A DNA stretch of 64,000 bases from Octopus vulgaris. Lineage: Eukaryota. The translations under genes and the position numbers were made by a program. Below are positions 1 through 13,379 of the stretch, piece after piece. The first letter of the stretch is position 1. The number at the start of each line of letters is the position of its first letter. Location of the stretch: assembly GCA_951406725.2 (NCBI GenBank), contig OX597839.1:35030001-35094000 (forward strand), in the 5' to 3' direction. The notes below the pieces were generated by a model. The model was not told the DNA's origin. It was given only the letters and a program-made list of their open reading frames with translations, and searched no databases.

Positions 1-587
1 TGTGCATACCTACACACACACACGCATAAACTTGCATACACACACATACTCTCTCTCTTTCTCTTATATACACCTAATTATGCACACGCATGCACAGACA
101 CATGCACACACACACACACACGCACGTACTCACACACTTACGTACACGTATGCATACATACACACACATACACACTCACACACACACATACACACACAGA
201 CTCACACACACACACATACATACACACACATACACACTCACACACACAGACTCATACACACACACACACACACACACATTCTTCCTTTTATTCGTTTCAG
301 TTATCAAATCACGACCATGCTGGGGCACCATCTCCAGGCTTCTCATGTTTCGTCCAGTCCATAATTTTTATTAATCTCTATCTATCGAACTGCTAAGTTT
401 TTGTGTCAATAAAGGAAAAACTTGGTTGCTATTTCCAGCTGATGAAGCAACCATGGAAAGGTCCCTTTTTTTTTTTTTTTACTCAGTTAAAGGAAAGCAG
501 TGCCCATGGCCTTTTCCAAGATCCTTGAAATCTCTGGGAGGGTACAAAAATATCCTCAAACCAGAGAGCTGGTTTAAATGCTTGAAA

Positions 588-1035
588 GAGAGTGGACCCT
601 GCTAAAGCCACCCAAGGACTAGTTGGGGTGCTAAGATTAGGTAACAACAAACTGGACACTGCTAAACATACCCAAGGACCAGGGTGGGGTGTTAAGCTGG
701 GTAACAACGGAGTGGACCCTGCTGAAGTACCAAGGACCATGCAGGGGTGGCAAACTAAGTGATAATAGTGCGGACTCTGCTAGCTGTAACCCAAGGACCA
801 GGGTGAGGTGTTAAGCTGGGTAGCAACAGAGTGGACACTGCTAAACATACCCAAGGACCAGGGTGGGGTGTTAAGCTGGGTAACAACGGAGTGGACCCTG
901 CTGAAGTACCAAGGACCATGCAGGGGTGACAAACTAGGTGATAATATTGCGGACCCTACTAGCTGTAACCCAAGGACCAGGGTGGAGTGTTAAGCTGGGT
1001 AACAACTGATTGGACTCAATTAAAAGTCCCCAAGT
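588..1035. repeat. ~60-bp minisatellite with a 179-bp higher-order repeat
   Basis: tggac.ctgcta....cccaaggacca repeated ~7-8 times; ~654-832 is nearly identical to ~833-1011. Confidence 0.85.
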
Positions 1036-2249
1036 GGCCCAGCTGGAGGCATTGAACCAGTAACAGACAACCATAAATGCATAACACTTGGCATAAAGCC
1101 ATTTTCCTTTCTACTGAATTCCTGTTCAGTGAAGGAATCTGATTTCTTTGTCTTGTGAATTCCTTGGCAACATCACCAAAACAGGTGCCACACACAATAA
1201 AAAGGCCCCCTAATCCTAACATTGTAAAGTGGTTGGTGTTAGGAAGAGCATCCAGCTGTGGGAATCATGCCAAAAAGACACCGGAGATCGTTGGGCCTTC
1301 TTGAACCATTATCCGACCATGCCAGCATGGAAAATGGATATTAAATGGTAATTGTGTGTGTGTGTGAGTTTGTTTGTCTTTGTGTGTCTATGTGTCTGTG
1401 TGTTTGTGTTTGTATGTGTGTATGTGTGTCTGTATTCATGTGTGTGTGTTTGAGCATGTGTAGATGTTTGTGTATGTGTGTTTGTGATTGTCTTTGTATG
1501 TGTGTGTATGTGAGAGTGTGCATGTTTATGTTTGTGTGTGAGTGTGTGTGTGTGTGTGTGTATGTGTGTATGTTTGCATGTGTCTGTGTTTCTGTGTGTA
1601 TGTAAGTGTTTGTGTATGTATGTGTTTGTATTTGTGTGTGTGAGTATGTTTGTTAGTGTCTTTGTATGTGTGTGTATGTGTGAGTGTGTGTGTCTGTGTG
1701 TTTGTGTGAGTGTTTATGTATGTTTGTGTGTGAGTGTCTGTGTGTTTGCATGTGTCTGAGTCTGTGTGCATCTGTATGTGTGTTAGCGTTTGTGTGTGTG
1801 TGTGTGTGTGTGTATACTTCTGACTGTCCCCCACTGATGTTGGTTTGTTTACATCTGTCATAATTTAGCAGTTACAAAATAAATTCCTGGGCTCGATTTG
1901 ATCAACTAAAACCCCTCAAGGTGATGCCCCAGCATGGCCACAGTCCAATGACCAAAACAAAAATAAGATTATTATATAATATACAGAGAAAAGGAGAGAG
2001 AGAGAGAGAGAGAGAAGGTGGTGGGGAGGGACTTATGATTATGTAAAAAACCAGTTCTCAATGGACGCATTGTTTGTGACGGAACCAAATGCCATTTTTC
2101 TCATAGGGTCAAGGATTTTGGTAGAGATTCTTCGCATTTCTTTCAAACAGATCTACCCAGGTTATTATTCCACCTCCTTCTCCCCCTTGTCATTGTTTTT
2201 CTCACCATCATCATCGCCGAAAGTATACAGGTGAATAGAGAGAGAAAGA

Positions 2250-2289
<40 letters not shown>

Positions 2290-2392
2290 TAAACAGATTG
2301 ACAGATACCTGGATAGAGAGAGAGAATTAAATAGACACACATATATCAATATCTATTCTCTCTCTCATTCTCTTTCTGTCTACCTCTCTTTG

Positions 2393-2449
<57 letters not shown>

Positions 2450-2495
2450 CATACATATATATATATTATATTTTAATATAATATATATAATATAC

Positions 2496-2540
<45 letters not shown>

Positions 2541-2638
2541 TTAGAAAAAAACCACCTTTTATCAATTCAAAATTAACAATAAAGTTATTGAATTTTTCCC
2601 TGTAAGTTAGGAATAATATTCTCTCAAATTATCATTAG

Positions 2639-2680
<42 letters not shown>

Positions 2681-2743
2681 GTTTATATATTTGTTGTGCA
2701 AGATTTATTGGCTAAACTGGCAAAATGACCATTCCGAAATATG

Positions 2744-2791
<48 letters not shown>

Positions 2792-2799
2792 ATTAATAA

Positions 2800-3202
2800 T
2801 AAATATTAGGGAATAAATCCAAACTTACAGGGAAAAATCAGATTTAGGATTGAATCCAATTTTATAGTAAAATATTATATTATATTAAATTAGAGATAAA
2901 ACCACTATTAGGCAAATCATACAATGAAAAGCTTAAGCCAATACATAAGATTATTTAATTTATATTATTTAAATATATAACATTGATTAAACCTCGCCAA
3001 GTTAAATATTTAAACCACCTGATGAATGACTGTAACTTGAAAATTTAAAGAAATTAACAGCCATGAAACGATCGTAGTGTGATATTAATTATATTTTTTA
3101 AATAATTTTGTTATATATTTAAATAATATAAATTAAATAATCTTATGTATTGGCTTAAGTTTTTCATTGTATGATTTGCCTAATAGTGGTTTTATCTCTA
3201 AT

Positions 3203-3210
<8 letters not shown>
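2800..3210. mobile_element. Penelope-like fold-back element in (TA)n
   Basis: Inverted arms ~2882-2982 and 3109-3209 enclose the hammerhead; terminus gggaataaatccaaacttacagggaaaaa is shared with ~2590-2625, ~23780-23815 and ~52465-52500. Confidence 0.6.
3016..3079 (+). ncRNA. Type I hammerhead ribozyme motif (Penelope-like pLTR)
   Basis: cac-CTGATGA-[atgactgtaa...ttaacagccat stem II]-GAAA-C-GATC-G-TA-gtg: intact core, palindromic short stem III, 3-bp stem I. Confidence 0.7.
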
Positions 3211-3257
<47 letters not shown>

Positions 3258-3279
3258 CATATATGTATATGTATGTATG

Positions 3280-3329
<50 letters not shown>

Positions 3330-3338
3330 ATATATATA

Positions 3339-3394
<56 letters not shown>

Positions 3395-3399
3395 CTCTC

Positions 3400-3442
<43 letters not shown>

Positions 3443-3447
3443 CTCTC

Positions 3448-3494
<47 letters not shown>

Positions 3495-3527
3495 CTCTCT
3501 CTATCTATCTATCTATCTATCTCTCTC

Positions 3528-3570
<43 letters not shown>

Positions 3571-3639
3571 CTCTCTATCTATCTATCTATCTATCTCTCT
3601 CTATCTATCTTTCTATCTATCCATCTATCTTTCTATCTC

Positions 3640-3738
<99 letters not shown>

Positions 3739-3741
3739 CTC

Positions 3742-3772
<31 letters not shown>

Positions 3773-3803
3773 CTCTCTCTATCTATCTATCTATCTATCT
3801 CTC

Positions 3804-3877
<74 letters not shown>

Positions 3878-3900
3878 CACCTGTCTATCTATCTATCTAC
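3339..3900. repeat. (ATCT)n microsatellite
   Basis: Direct observation; similar tracts at 10481-11084, 12432-12590 and 6700-6780. Confidence 0.95.
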
Positions 3901-4907
3901 CTGCTCCTTTCCAAGACGCACTCTTTATCTAATTAAGAATTCCGTTCATTTCACACATTTTGATTTAATTCCCATGATTTTCTCTCATCACCTCAATTGT
4001 TGTTGTTGTTGTTGTTGTTGCTTTAGTCATTGATGCTACTGCTGCTTCCACTACCATTCCTGTTGTTATTGTTGTTGCTGTTGTTGTGGAGGGGGGGGGG
4101 GACCATTCACCACATTTGGTCACACATTTCATTATTCCCATTCATTATCCCCAATTATTCACCTCAATCTTCGCCTCACACTTCATTAACTCCAGACACA
4201 TTGATAAATTTCTCTATTCAACCGCAACACACATCTCGTACGACCACCGCTCCACACTATACTTAGACAACCATACACCACACAGCCTTATCCATATACA
4301 GCACTAATCCGTATTACAACTAACAAGGCTATATTTCAATACTGTACTCAACATAGAATCATTAGAAGTTAAAATATAAATTCATACAGGACCAATCTGT
4401 AATCCGCAATAAGAAAACTTGTATTATTTAGCAAAATTGATAAAAAAAAATAATTACGATAAACTTAATGCACGGAGTGTAAAATTCCACATTTCAGACA
4501 GTGTTCTTCTACAAGAAAAAACTGGGTTTTATGACTTAGTATAAATATAATATCTGTCTAATGATATCTATGTAATATATCTGTTCATTCCATAGCATAG
4601 CCTAAGTCATACCTTGTTGACTGTATGGTATAGTCTGATATACTAAGGTTGAGTTTATTGGTAGTTGAGCATGCGATACTAATACCAAGTCCTATTGAAA
4701 GTGGTAAGAGTGTTAAGTTGGGCTACATTCTAAAATACCTAAAAGATACCTGTGATATCGTTATAACCTGGTATCATAACACCTGTCCACTCTATGCCAT
4801 AGTATAAACCTTACCCTGTCTACTGTATGGTATAGTCTGATATACTAAGGTTGAGTTTATTGATAGTTGGGCATACGATACTAAAACCAAGACCTATTGA
4901 AAGCGGC

Positions 4908-5110
4908 GATGTACTTGCATAGCAAGTGACCTGATCTGAGATTGTGTGCCGGAACGAAAACAATCGCAGCGTGGAAGGTGTTTATAAGCCATATAAGAAA
5001 CACACAAAAACTGTTAGATTCACTTCAACATTTAAATTTAATTTGTCGAAATATTTTCGTCGCTTTGAGACCACAACCTGTTCACTGACAAAACTTCATG
5101 CTGCATCTGC
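4908..5110 (+). repeat. Unclassified ~200-bp interspersed repeat
   Basis: Reverse-complement copy at ~51945-52155, between (TAT)n tracts. Confidence 0.7.
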
Positions 5111-5971
5111 TGTGATATCTTTATAACCTGGTATCATAACACCTGTGCCATAGTATAAACCATACCCTGTCTACTGTGCAGCATTGCATAAATATACCCT
5201 AGTGAAGCGTACTGAACTGTACCAGGCTGTAGTGGATGTGATTCTACAGTCTTGATTTTATGCCATATTTTGAAATCTTTGCAATTCTTTGAGGCAGCAG
5301 CACTGAGAGTCAAACAGAGCAAGATAAACTATTCAAGAGGTAATTCTTAGCTGTTGTTTCTTCTTTCTTTCTTTCTTTTTTTATCTTTCATCATCATCAT
5401 TGTCATCATTTAACATCCGTTTTCCATGCCAGCATGGGTTGGATGGTTCGACCAGAGTCTGGGATGCCAGGAGGCTGCACCAGGCTCCAGTCTGATCTGG
5501 CAGTGTTTCTACAGCTTGATGCCCTTCCTAACGCCAACCACTCTGAGAGTGTAGTGGGTGCTTTTTACATTCCACCGGCACAGGGGCCAGAGGAGGCTGG
5601 CAAACAGCCACGATCGGTTGGTGCTTTTACGTGTCACCGACACGGACGCTAGTCAGGCGGCACTGGCATCTGACACGTTCAGACAGCGCTTTGTATTATT
5701 TTTGTATTATCTTTGTATTATTTTTTTGTATTATTTTTGTATTATCTTTAAATGATGAATTTAAAAAAAATTTTCTCTGCCATTCTTCAACTTTTACCAT
5801 AATCAAAAGCTTAGTCCAGTCCTTAATTTTATCCCACCAGTTTGTTCTGGGACTTCCTCTCACACATTTGCCCTTTATCCGTCCTTCTAATAATAGTCTC
5901 TGTATACCTTCTGCCCTTCCAAAGGTACTTTACCTTCCCCCTTTTTTTTCTTTAATTCTTGGGAATAATAT

Positions 5972-6310
5972 TCTTCAAAACTTCCATGCTTCCTGGGATT
6001 CGCCAACACTACACCTGATCTTCTCTTCCCCTCCATACACACGCTGAAGCATGGAACAAACTGCCGGCATCAGTTGTTAATTGTCGGAGCACTGCATCCT
6101 TCAAAACTTCCATGCTTCCTGAGAGATTCGCCAACACTACACCTGATTTTCTCTTCTCCTCCATACACATGCAAGCATCTATCTGACTCATACACTGTTC
6201 ACTTCCCAGACATTTGTACATTACTGCATATGCTTTATATGCACTTTGGACAAGTTGTGGTGCACCTGAGCACTGTATACAACAATTTCATTATTATTAT
6301 TATTATTATT
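5972..6310 (+). mobile_element. Same CR1/L2-type 3' end with ~1.5 tandem units and (ATT)n tail
   Basis: Matches the reverse complement of 49341-49600, including the unit junction ccatacacac|gctgaagcatggaac. Confidence 0.75.
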
Positions 6311-6700
6311 ATCTTGCATTTGTTAGTCTTATGTTTGGTCTGATGTGTTCTTAATGGCCTCAATTATACATCCATACTTCTAAAGCTTCTAGTTCAGGGA
6401 TTGGTGAACTGGGGTAAATTACCTCAAGCGGGGTAAAAATGAAATTGTTGTGGGGTGGTGTAGACTCATTGGAAAAATAAAGTTCTTACAAAAAAAATCT
6501 CTTCTGGCAATATTGCATCTGCCAAATGTAATGGATGTGTAAATAGATTCATAGAAATAGATTTGATAAACATTCTGAATTCAAAGAATCTATGATTTCT
6601 TTCCTTTCACATGAAAATGGTAACACTGGCATAAATAGATATATTTTCGAGTAATTGGATAAAAAGAACCTCAACTGCTGTTCTAGTTTGTATATACATA

Positions 6701-6783
<83 letters not shown>

Positions 6784-6868
6784 ATATATATATATATATA
6801 TATGTAGGTCCCGGGTTGAGTCGGGATTAACCACAGTAAATAAGGTACTCAATACATAGCAGAGTAAA

Positions 6869-6910
<42 letters not shown>

Positions 6911-6911
6911 T

Positions 6912-7135
6912 ATATTTAAAAGCAGCAGAAAATTCAACAAAACATGTTACTCTGAGTTTCACGTTCCTGTTTGTCGGACAGTTTTTAGCAAAAACTATCC
7001 GACGAACGGGTACGTGAAACTCAGAGTAACAGGTTTTGTTAAATTTTCTGCTGCTTTTAAATAAAGCATATTACTCTACCACTGGTATTTGAGTACTCTT
7101 TTTTCCATCTTGTTTCACATTTATGTTTACTCCGG

Positions 7136-7136
<1 letters not shown>
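6912..7136. mobile_element. Fold-back element, family 'agcagcagaaaattcaac' (copy 1)
   Basis: Near-perfect palindrome centred ~6987 with ~75-bp arms plus a unique tail; TA-flanked; same family at 40757-40958 and 60226-60425. Confidence 0.65.
6991..7037 (+). ncRNA. Hammerhead-like motif with variant core CCGACGA
   Basis: aaaactat-CCGACGA-acg(ggta)cgt-GAAA-ctc(a)gag-TA-acaggtttt. All three stems can form; core position 4 is C instead of U. Sister copies at ~40812-40857 (+) and ~60327-60372 (-). Confidence 0.5.
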
Positions 7137-7166
<30 letters not shown>

Positions 7167-8286
7167 ATATATGGCAGAATCGTTAGTACGCTGGGTAAAA
7201 TGCTTAGCAGTATTTCGTCTGGCGTTACGTTCTGTGTTCAAATTCCGCCAAGGTCGACTTTGCCTTTCATCCTTTTGAGGTCGATTAAATAAGTGCCAGT
7301 TACGCACTGGGGTCGATATAATCGACTTAATCAGTTTGTCCCCTCTGTGTTTAGACCCTTGTGGGTAGTAAAGAAATAGGTATTTCGTCTGCTGTTATGT
7401 TCTGAGTTCAAATTCCACCGAGGTTGACTTTCCCTTTCATCCTTTCAGGGTTGATAAATTAAGTACCAGTTATGCACTGGGCTCAATATAATCGACTTAA
7501 TCCCTTTGTCTGTCTTTGTTTGTCCCCTCTGTGTATGTGTGTGTGTATTTGTCCCCTCTATTGCCCCCTGTGGGCAATAAAGAAATAAATATATGTATAT
7601 GTTTGTGTGTCTGTGTTTGTCCCCCCAACATCGCTTGACAACTGATGTTGGTGTGTTTACATCCCTGTAACCTAGCAGTTCGGCAAAAGAGACCAATAGA
7701 ATATGTACTAGGCTTACAGAAAATAAGTCCTGGGGTCGATTTGTTCAACTAAAGGCAGTGCTCCAGCATGGCCGCAGTCAAATGACTGAGGCAAGTAAAC
7801 AGAATAGACAAAACAGGTTTTGGTGAGTCTGGGGTTTTGGTGGAAGTCCCTTTCCCAAGGTGCCGCACAGTGGGACTGAACCCGGAACAACGTACTTGGG
7901 AAGCAAATTTCTTACCACACGGCCACACCTACTCTAATGTAGGTATATATATATATATATCTCGTAGTTTATTCATAACGAATTGCAAAACACGTTATTG
8001 TCAGACCAATTAGTTTAATGTCTTCAGTGAATTGACGAATATTAATGAAAATTATGTCTGTGTAACGGGCGTGTCTGGACTACATGTATATTTGCTATTC
8101 GTGCTAATTTATTGATTTTTATGGGTGGGTGTGGTGGTGTTTGTGTGTGTGTGTGGGGGGTGGGGTGGGCGGGTGGAGCTCTTCACCTACCAAACAGGGG
8201 CTCAATGTATAAAAATGTGTTCGGTGAATCGTGTTCTACACTATTTGATAAAGTGGCAGCGTGTATGATATATATAAATATATATA

Positions 8287-8341
<55 letters not shown>

Positions 8342-8488
8342 ATATAAATGTATATATATGTGTGTGTATATGTATATGTGTGTATATATAATGTATATAT
8401 ATATATATATACATTTATATGTATGTGTGTGTGTGTATGTACATGTATATATATATAAGTATATACACACATATAATGTATGTATATT

Positions 8489-8539
<51 letters not shown>

Positions 8540-9509
8540 TTATATGTGTGTATGTGTGTGTGTATGTACATGTATATATATATATAAGTATATACACACA
8601 TATATATGTGTGTATATATATATATAAGTATATACACACATATATATGTATATATACATATACACACACACATGTACATTTATCTGAGTATGTTTATGCA
8701 TTCACACGCATATGTAATGGTGCGTGTTTAATTCGTGTGTTGTTTGCACAAAGTGTTTGGTCAAAGGTGGCGGTCAACAGCAGTTGAGGGCTTGGTGGGA
8801 GACAGGTGGTGTTGGACATGATCCGGTGGGTGTGGGGTGGGGAGGGGGTGAAGTCAAGAGGGTGGGTGGTGGTGTGGGGAGGGGTGGCGGGGAAGGTGGG
8901 GCACGGGAGAAAAAGATGAGGAGGAGGAGGAGGAGGAGGGAGAAGAAAAAGGAGAAGTAGGAGAAGAAAAAGGAGAAGAAGGAGAAGAAAAAGGAGAAGA
9001 AGAAGTAGAAGAAGAAGAAGGAGGAGAAGAAGAAAAAGGAGAAGTAGAAGGAGGAGAAGGAGAAGAAGGAGGAGGAGGAGGGGGAGAAGAAGACGGAGAA
9101 AAAGGAGAAGGAGAAGAAGGAGGAGGAGAAGGAGAAGAAGAAGGAGGAGGAGGAGGAGGAAGAGGTGGAGGAGAAGAGGAGGAGGGGGAGGAGGAGGAGA
9201 TGGTGATGGTGGTGGTGGTCACCAAGAAAAAAAGGCAGGTAGAAAGTAATTGGAAGTGAGAAATAAATAGGAAAACGAAGGAAGAGAATGACTTAGAGGA
9301 CAACAACAGCAACAATCTCGGTAAAAAGATGAAGAAGGAGACAAAACAGAGACAGAAGAGGAGTTGGTCTGTGGTGGGTGGGTGGGTAGGTGGGGGAGGA
9401 TTTCAACTTAATTTAGCAAATATTTGATTAGGGTTCTTGTAAAAAGATGTTTGACATGTCAACGCTTCTTTTATAGACACACACGCACTGACACATGCTT
9501 AGATATAAG

Positions 9510-9542
<33 letters not shown>

Positions 9543-10851
9543 TCGCATGGATAGACACAAGCGCACACATGCATATAGTAATTCCACATACATGTATTCA
9601 TACACTAACACACACACTCACACACATATATTCTCTCTCTCTCTCTCTCTTTCTCACACACACACATGTACGCATGCACACATGCACACCACACACACAC
9701 ACATATTCATACACCAGCACATACACTTGTAGGTATGTATACACATGCACACATAAACATATTCACATGCACACATACACACACATTCATACACACACAC
9801 ACACATTCATACACACACTCACGAATACAGTCTCACACTCACACACACATGAATGCACACACACACAATCACACAAGCACATGAACACACACACACACAT
9901 ATACATGAACACACATCGACACACATAGACACATTCATATGCATACACGCTCACACACACAAACACACGCGCATACACACACACCCGTACACACACAAAA
10001 TTTCACGAACACACACATAGACACATTCATATGCATACACGCACACACACACATACACACACACAAAATCTCATGAACACACACACACATAGACACATTC
10101 ATATGCATACATGCACACACAAACACACACACGCACATTCATATGCATACACACGCACACACACACATCCCTAGTAACCGTACACTCCTCCCACCCACAC
10201 CCCAACACAAACATTCCCCTCCTACTTAACACACAATCACCTGCCAAACGGGGAAACCATAATATTTGTTATAATCAATATAAATAATGATTTGTACACT
10301 AAATGACTAATTACTGGATCATTAAGCCATTAGTATGTAAGATCTACATAACGATGCAGGCAGAGACTGTCACCGAATGTACCTCTAGGTGGTTTTATCC
10401 GTCTGACTACCTGCTTGACTGTATGTCTGTTTGTCCAGCAATCAATGTGTTTGTGGCTGTTGTTCTTGTTGTGCAATTAATATCTACCTATCTATCTTTC
10501 TATCTATCTATCTATCTACCTATCTATCTACCTACCTATCTATCTACCTACCTATCTATCTATCTACCTATCTATCTATCTACCTATCTATCTATCTACC
10601 TACCTATCTATCTATCTATCTATCTACCTATCTATTTATGTATCTATCTACCTACCTATCTATCTACCTATCTACCTATCTATCTATCTATCTACCTATC
10701 TATTTATCTACTTACCTACCTACCTATCTACCTATCTATCTATCTACCTATCTATATACCTATCTATCTACCTACCTACCTATCTATCTATCTATCTACT
10801 TATCTATCTATCTACATACCTACCTACCTACCTATCTATCTATCTACTTAC

Positions 10852-10963
<112 letters not shown>

Positions 10964-10983
10964 ATATCTACCTACCTACCTAC

Positions 10984-11018
<35 letters not shown>

Positions 11019-11027
11019 CCTACCTAC

Positions 11028-11084
<57 letters not shown>

Positions 11085-12431
11085 AACGCATCCTCTTTCG
11101 CTTCTTGTGGAAAGGATGCGTCCCGATGGTCAGGCGATCCATTTGCTGTCAACACCCGTTAAAAGGAGGGCTGGGCATGCCGTGGTTGATGATGCGCAGA
11201 CACGCGCTGAGACTGCGGCATCTCTGGCTCTATGTAGACGACGGTGAACAGGTGTGGTCGTCGTTTGTGAGGCACGCTTTCCCGCAGCTCGTCTCCATGA
11301 CCGAACTGCAGTCGTGGATCAAAAAGAGGCCGAGGAAGGGCGAATGGCACCGCGAGTGTCGCGTTGCTCTCAAGCAACTCTGCCGTCCTGGGTCGACCTT
11401 AAGTGACTTCAACACAACCAAAGCATTCTATAGGGGTTTAGTGGAGGGGAGGTACGACGACGAGCTCGGGGCGAACCTGGACGTCGACGAGGAGTACCTG
11501 ACCCGCCTGTTCAGGACGACTTTCGGGCCAGGGCCCATGGACAACTTCCAGAGATTCCTGGCCTGGCAGTGCTACCGAGAAGCGCTACCCGTTCGGGATA
11601 AGCTCTACAGACACGGCTCGAGAAACACGGGGCCGACCTGCCCGAGATGCGGTCAGAGCGACGAAACCGTTCTGCACGCACTCGTTCAGTGTCCAACAAT
11701 TTCCGACCTGTGGGCTTATGTCGAACAACTGCTGTCACGTGTGGGACGAGTCGGTTTATCAGCTGAGTCTATCGTCAATATTGTCACGCCTCCTTCCTTC
11801 AAACGGGAAGGAAGAGCTATTTTCATCATCCTTGTGGCTATGGCGAAAGAATGTATCTGGTGGATGCGTCTGAAAGGATTGGAGACAAACACTTTCCTCT
11901 CTGGTCAATCTCTCATCAACTTCTTCAAGTACCACTTGAAAAGGAAAGTGAGAGTAGAGAGGCAAGTTTTGTCTAGCGAATGTTTTAAAAAAAGATGGGT
12001 GAATGTAGCAAGAATGGCACGTATGAATGACGAAGCCACCTTGAGCATAGTCCTATGAACCCAGAAATCGAAAACAGAGAGTTGCTTATTTGCAAAAAAA
12101 AAAAAAAGAAATATAAAATGTGACATCATTGACCGAGGTTACCGTGGTCTTTTCCGTAGGCTTTTCTTTGCACGGGTAAACCTCACCTGTCCTCCCCTTT
12201 ACACTTCATATTGACATTTCTGTGATAACGATCCCTATTGATCAATTTTTTTTCCTCCCCCCTTTTTTTAAACCCCCCTTTTTTTGTCCTCTTTCTCTCC
12301 TTTTACGATCCCTTTTGATCGAAACTCCCCCTTCCTTTTTTTTTTTTTTTTTTCTTAAACCTTCAAAAGAAAAGCTCTACCTTGTAATTTGTTCTATCTG
12401 TGTGCAGCCCTGTGTGGCTAATAAAGAAACA
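11085..12431 (+). mobile_element. 5'-truncated L1/Tx1-clade LINE (ORF2 C-terminus with zf-RVT-type zinc finger and 3' UTR) inserted in (ATCT)n
   Basis: Uninterrupted frame to 12058: ILFRFLWKG...LPVRDKL...[18 protein letters not shown]...W; AATAAA at 12420; ATCT repeats on both sides. Confidence 0.85.
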
Positions 12432-12462
<31 letters not shown>

Positions 12463-12518
12463 ATATCTACCTACCTACCTACCTACCTACCTATCTATCT
12501 ATCTATCTATCTACTTAC

Positions 12519-12610
<92 letters not shown>

Positions 12611-12902
12611 GTTTACATCCCTGTAACTTAGCGGTTCGGCAAAAAGAGCCCGATAGAATAAGCACGAGGCTTACAAAGAATAAGTCCTGGGGTCGATTTG
12701 CTCGACTACAGGCGTTGCTCCAGCATGGCGCCAGTCAAATGACTGGAATAAGTAAAAGTGTAAAAGAGACCCAGAGTAAACATGAACCCTTCATTCTGCA
12801 TCAAATGCTGTTTTTGTGCTTTTGTTTGTAAACATTAATACCAGAAATATACGACATGTTATACATGTATGTGTGCATAGATTTATGCATGCATGTATGT
12901 AT

Positions 12903-13110
12903 TACTCTCTTTTACTTGTTTCAGTCATTTGACTGCGGCCATGCTGGAGCACCGCCTTTTAGTCGAGCAAATCGACTCCGGGACTTATTCTTTGTAAGCC
13001 CAGTACTTATTCTATCGGTGTCTTTTGCTGAACCGCTAAGTGACAGGGACGTAAACACACCAGCACCGGTTGTCAAGCAATGCTAGGGGGACAAACACAG
13101 ACACACAAAC

Positions 13111-13203
<93 letters not shown>

Positions 13204-13379
13204 TACACATATATACGACAGGCTTCTTTCAGTTTCCGTCTACCAAATCCACTCACAAGGCATTGGTCGGCCTGAGGCTATAGTAGAAGACACGTGCCCA
13301 AGATGCCACGCAGTGGGACTGAACCCGGAACCATGTGGTTGATTAGCAAGCTACTAACCACACAGCCACTCCTGTGCCT
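12903..13379 (-). mobile_element. tRNA-derived SINE family 1, full length, with internal (CA)n(TA)n
   Basis: Reverse-strand head with A box TGGCTGTGTGG and B box GGTTCAGTCC; tail (AAAGAGTA)n. About 20 full or partial copies occur in the window, e.g. near 7.6, 12.6, 18.5, 18.9, 23.3, 25.3, 26.2, 36.5, 40.6, 43.9 and 60.1 kb. Confidence 0.9.

Noticed and set aside
2-374. His/Thr-, Val/Cys-, Tyr/Ile- and YLSI-rich ORFs throughout the track (e.g. 3167-4033, 10303-11247, 16064-16648, 35869-36429, 45174-46625)
   Set aside because: They are translations of stop-free (CA)n, (TA)n, (ATCT)n and trinucleotide microsatellites, with no gene structure.
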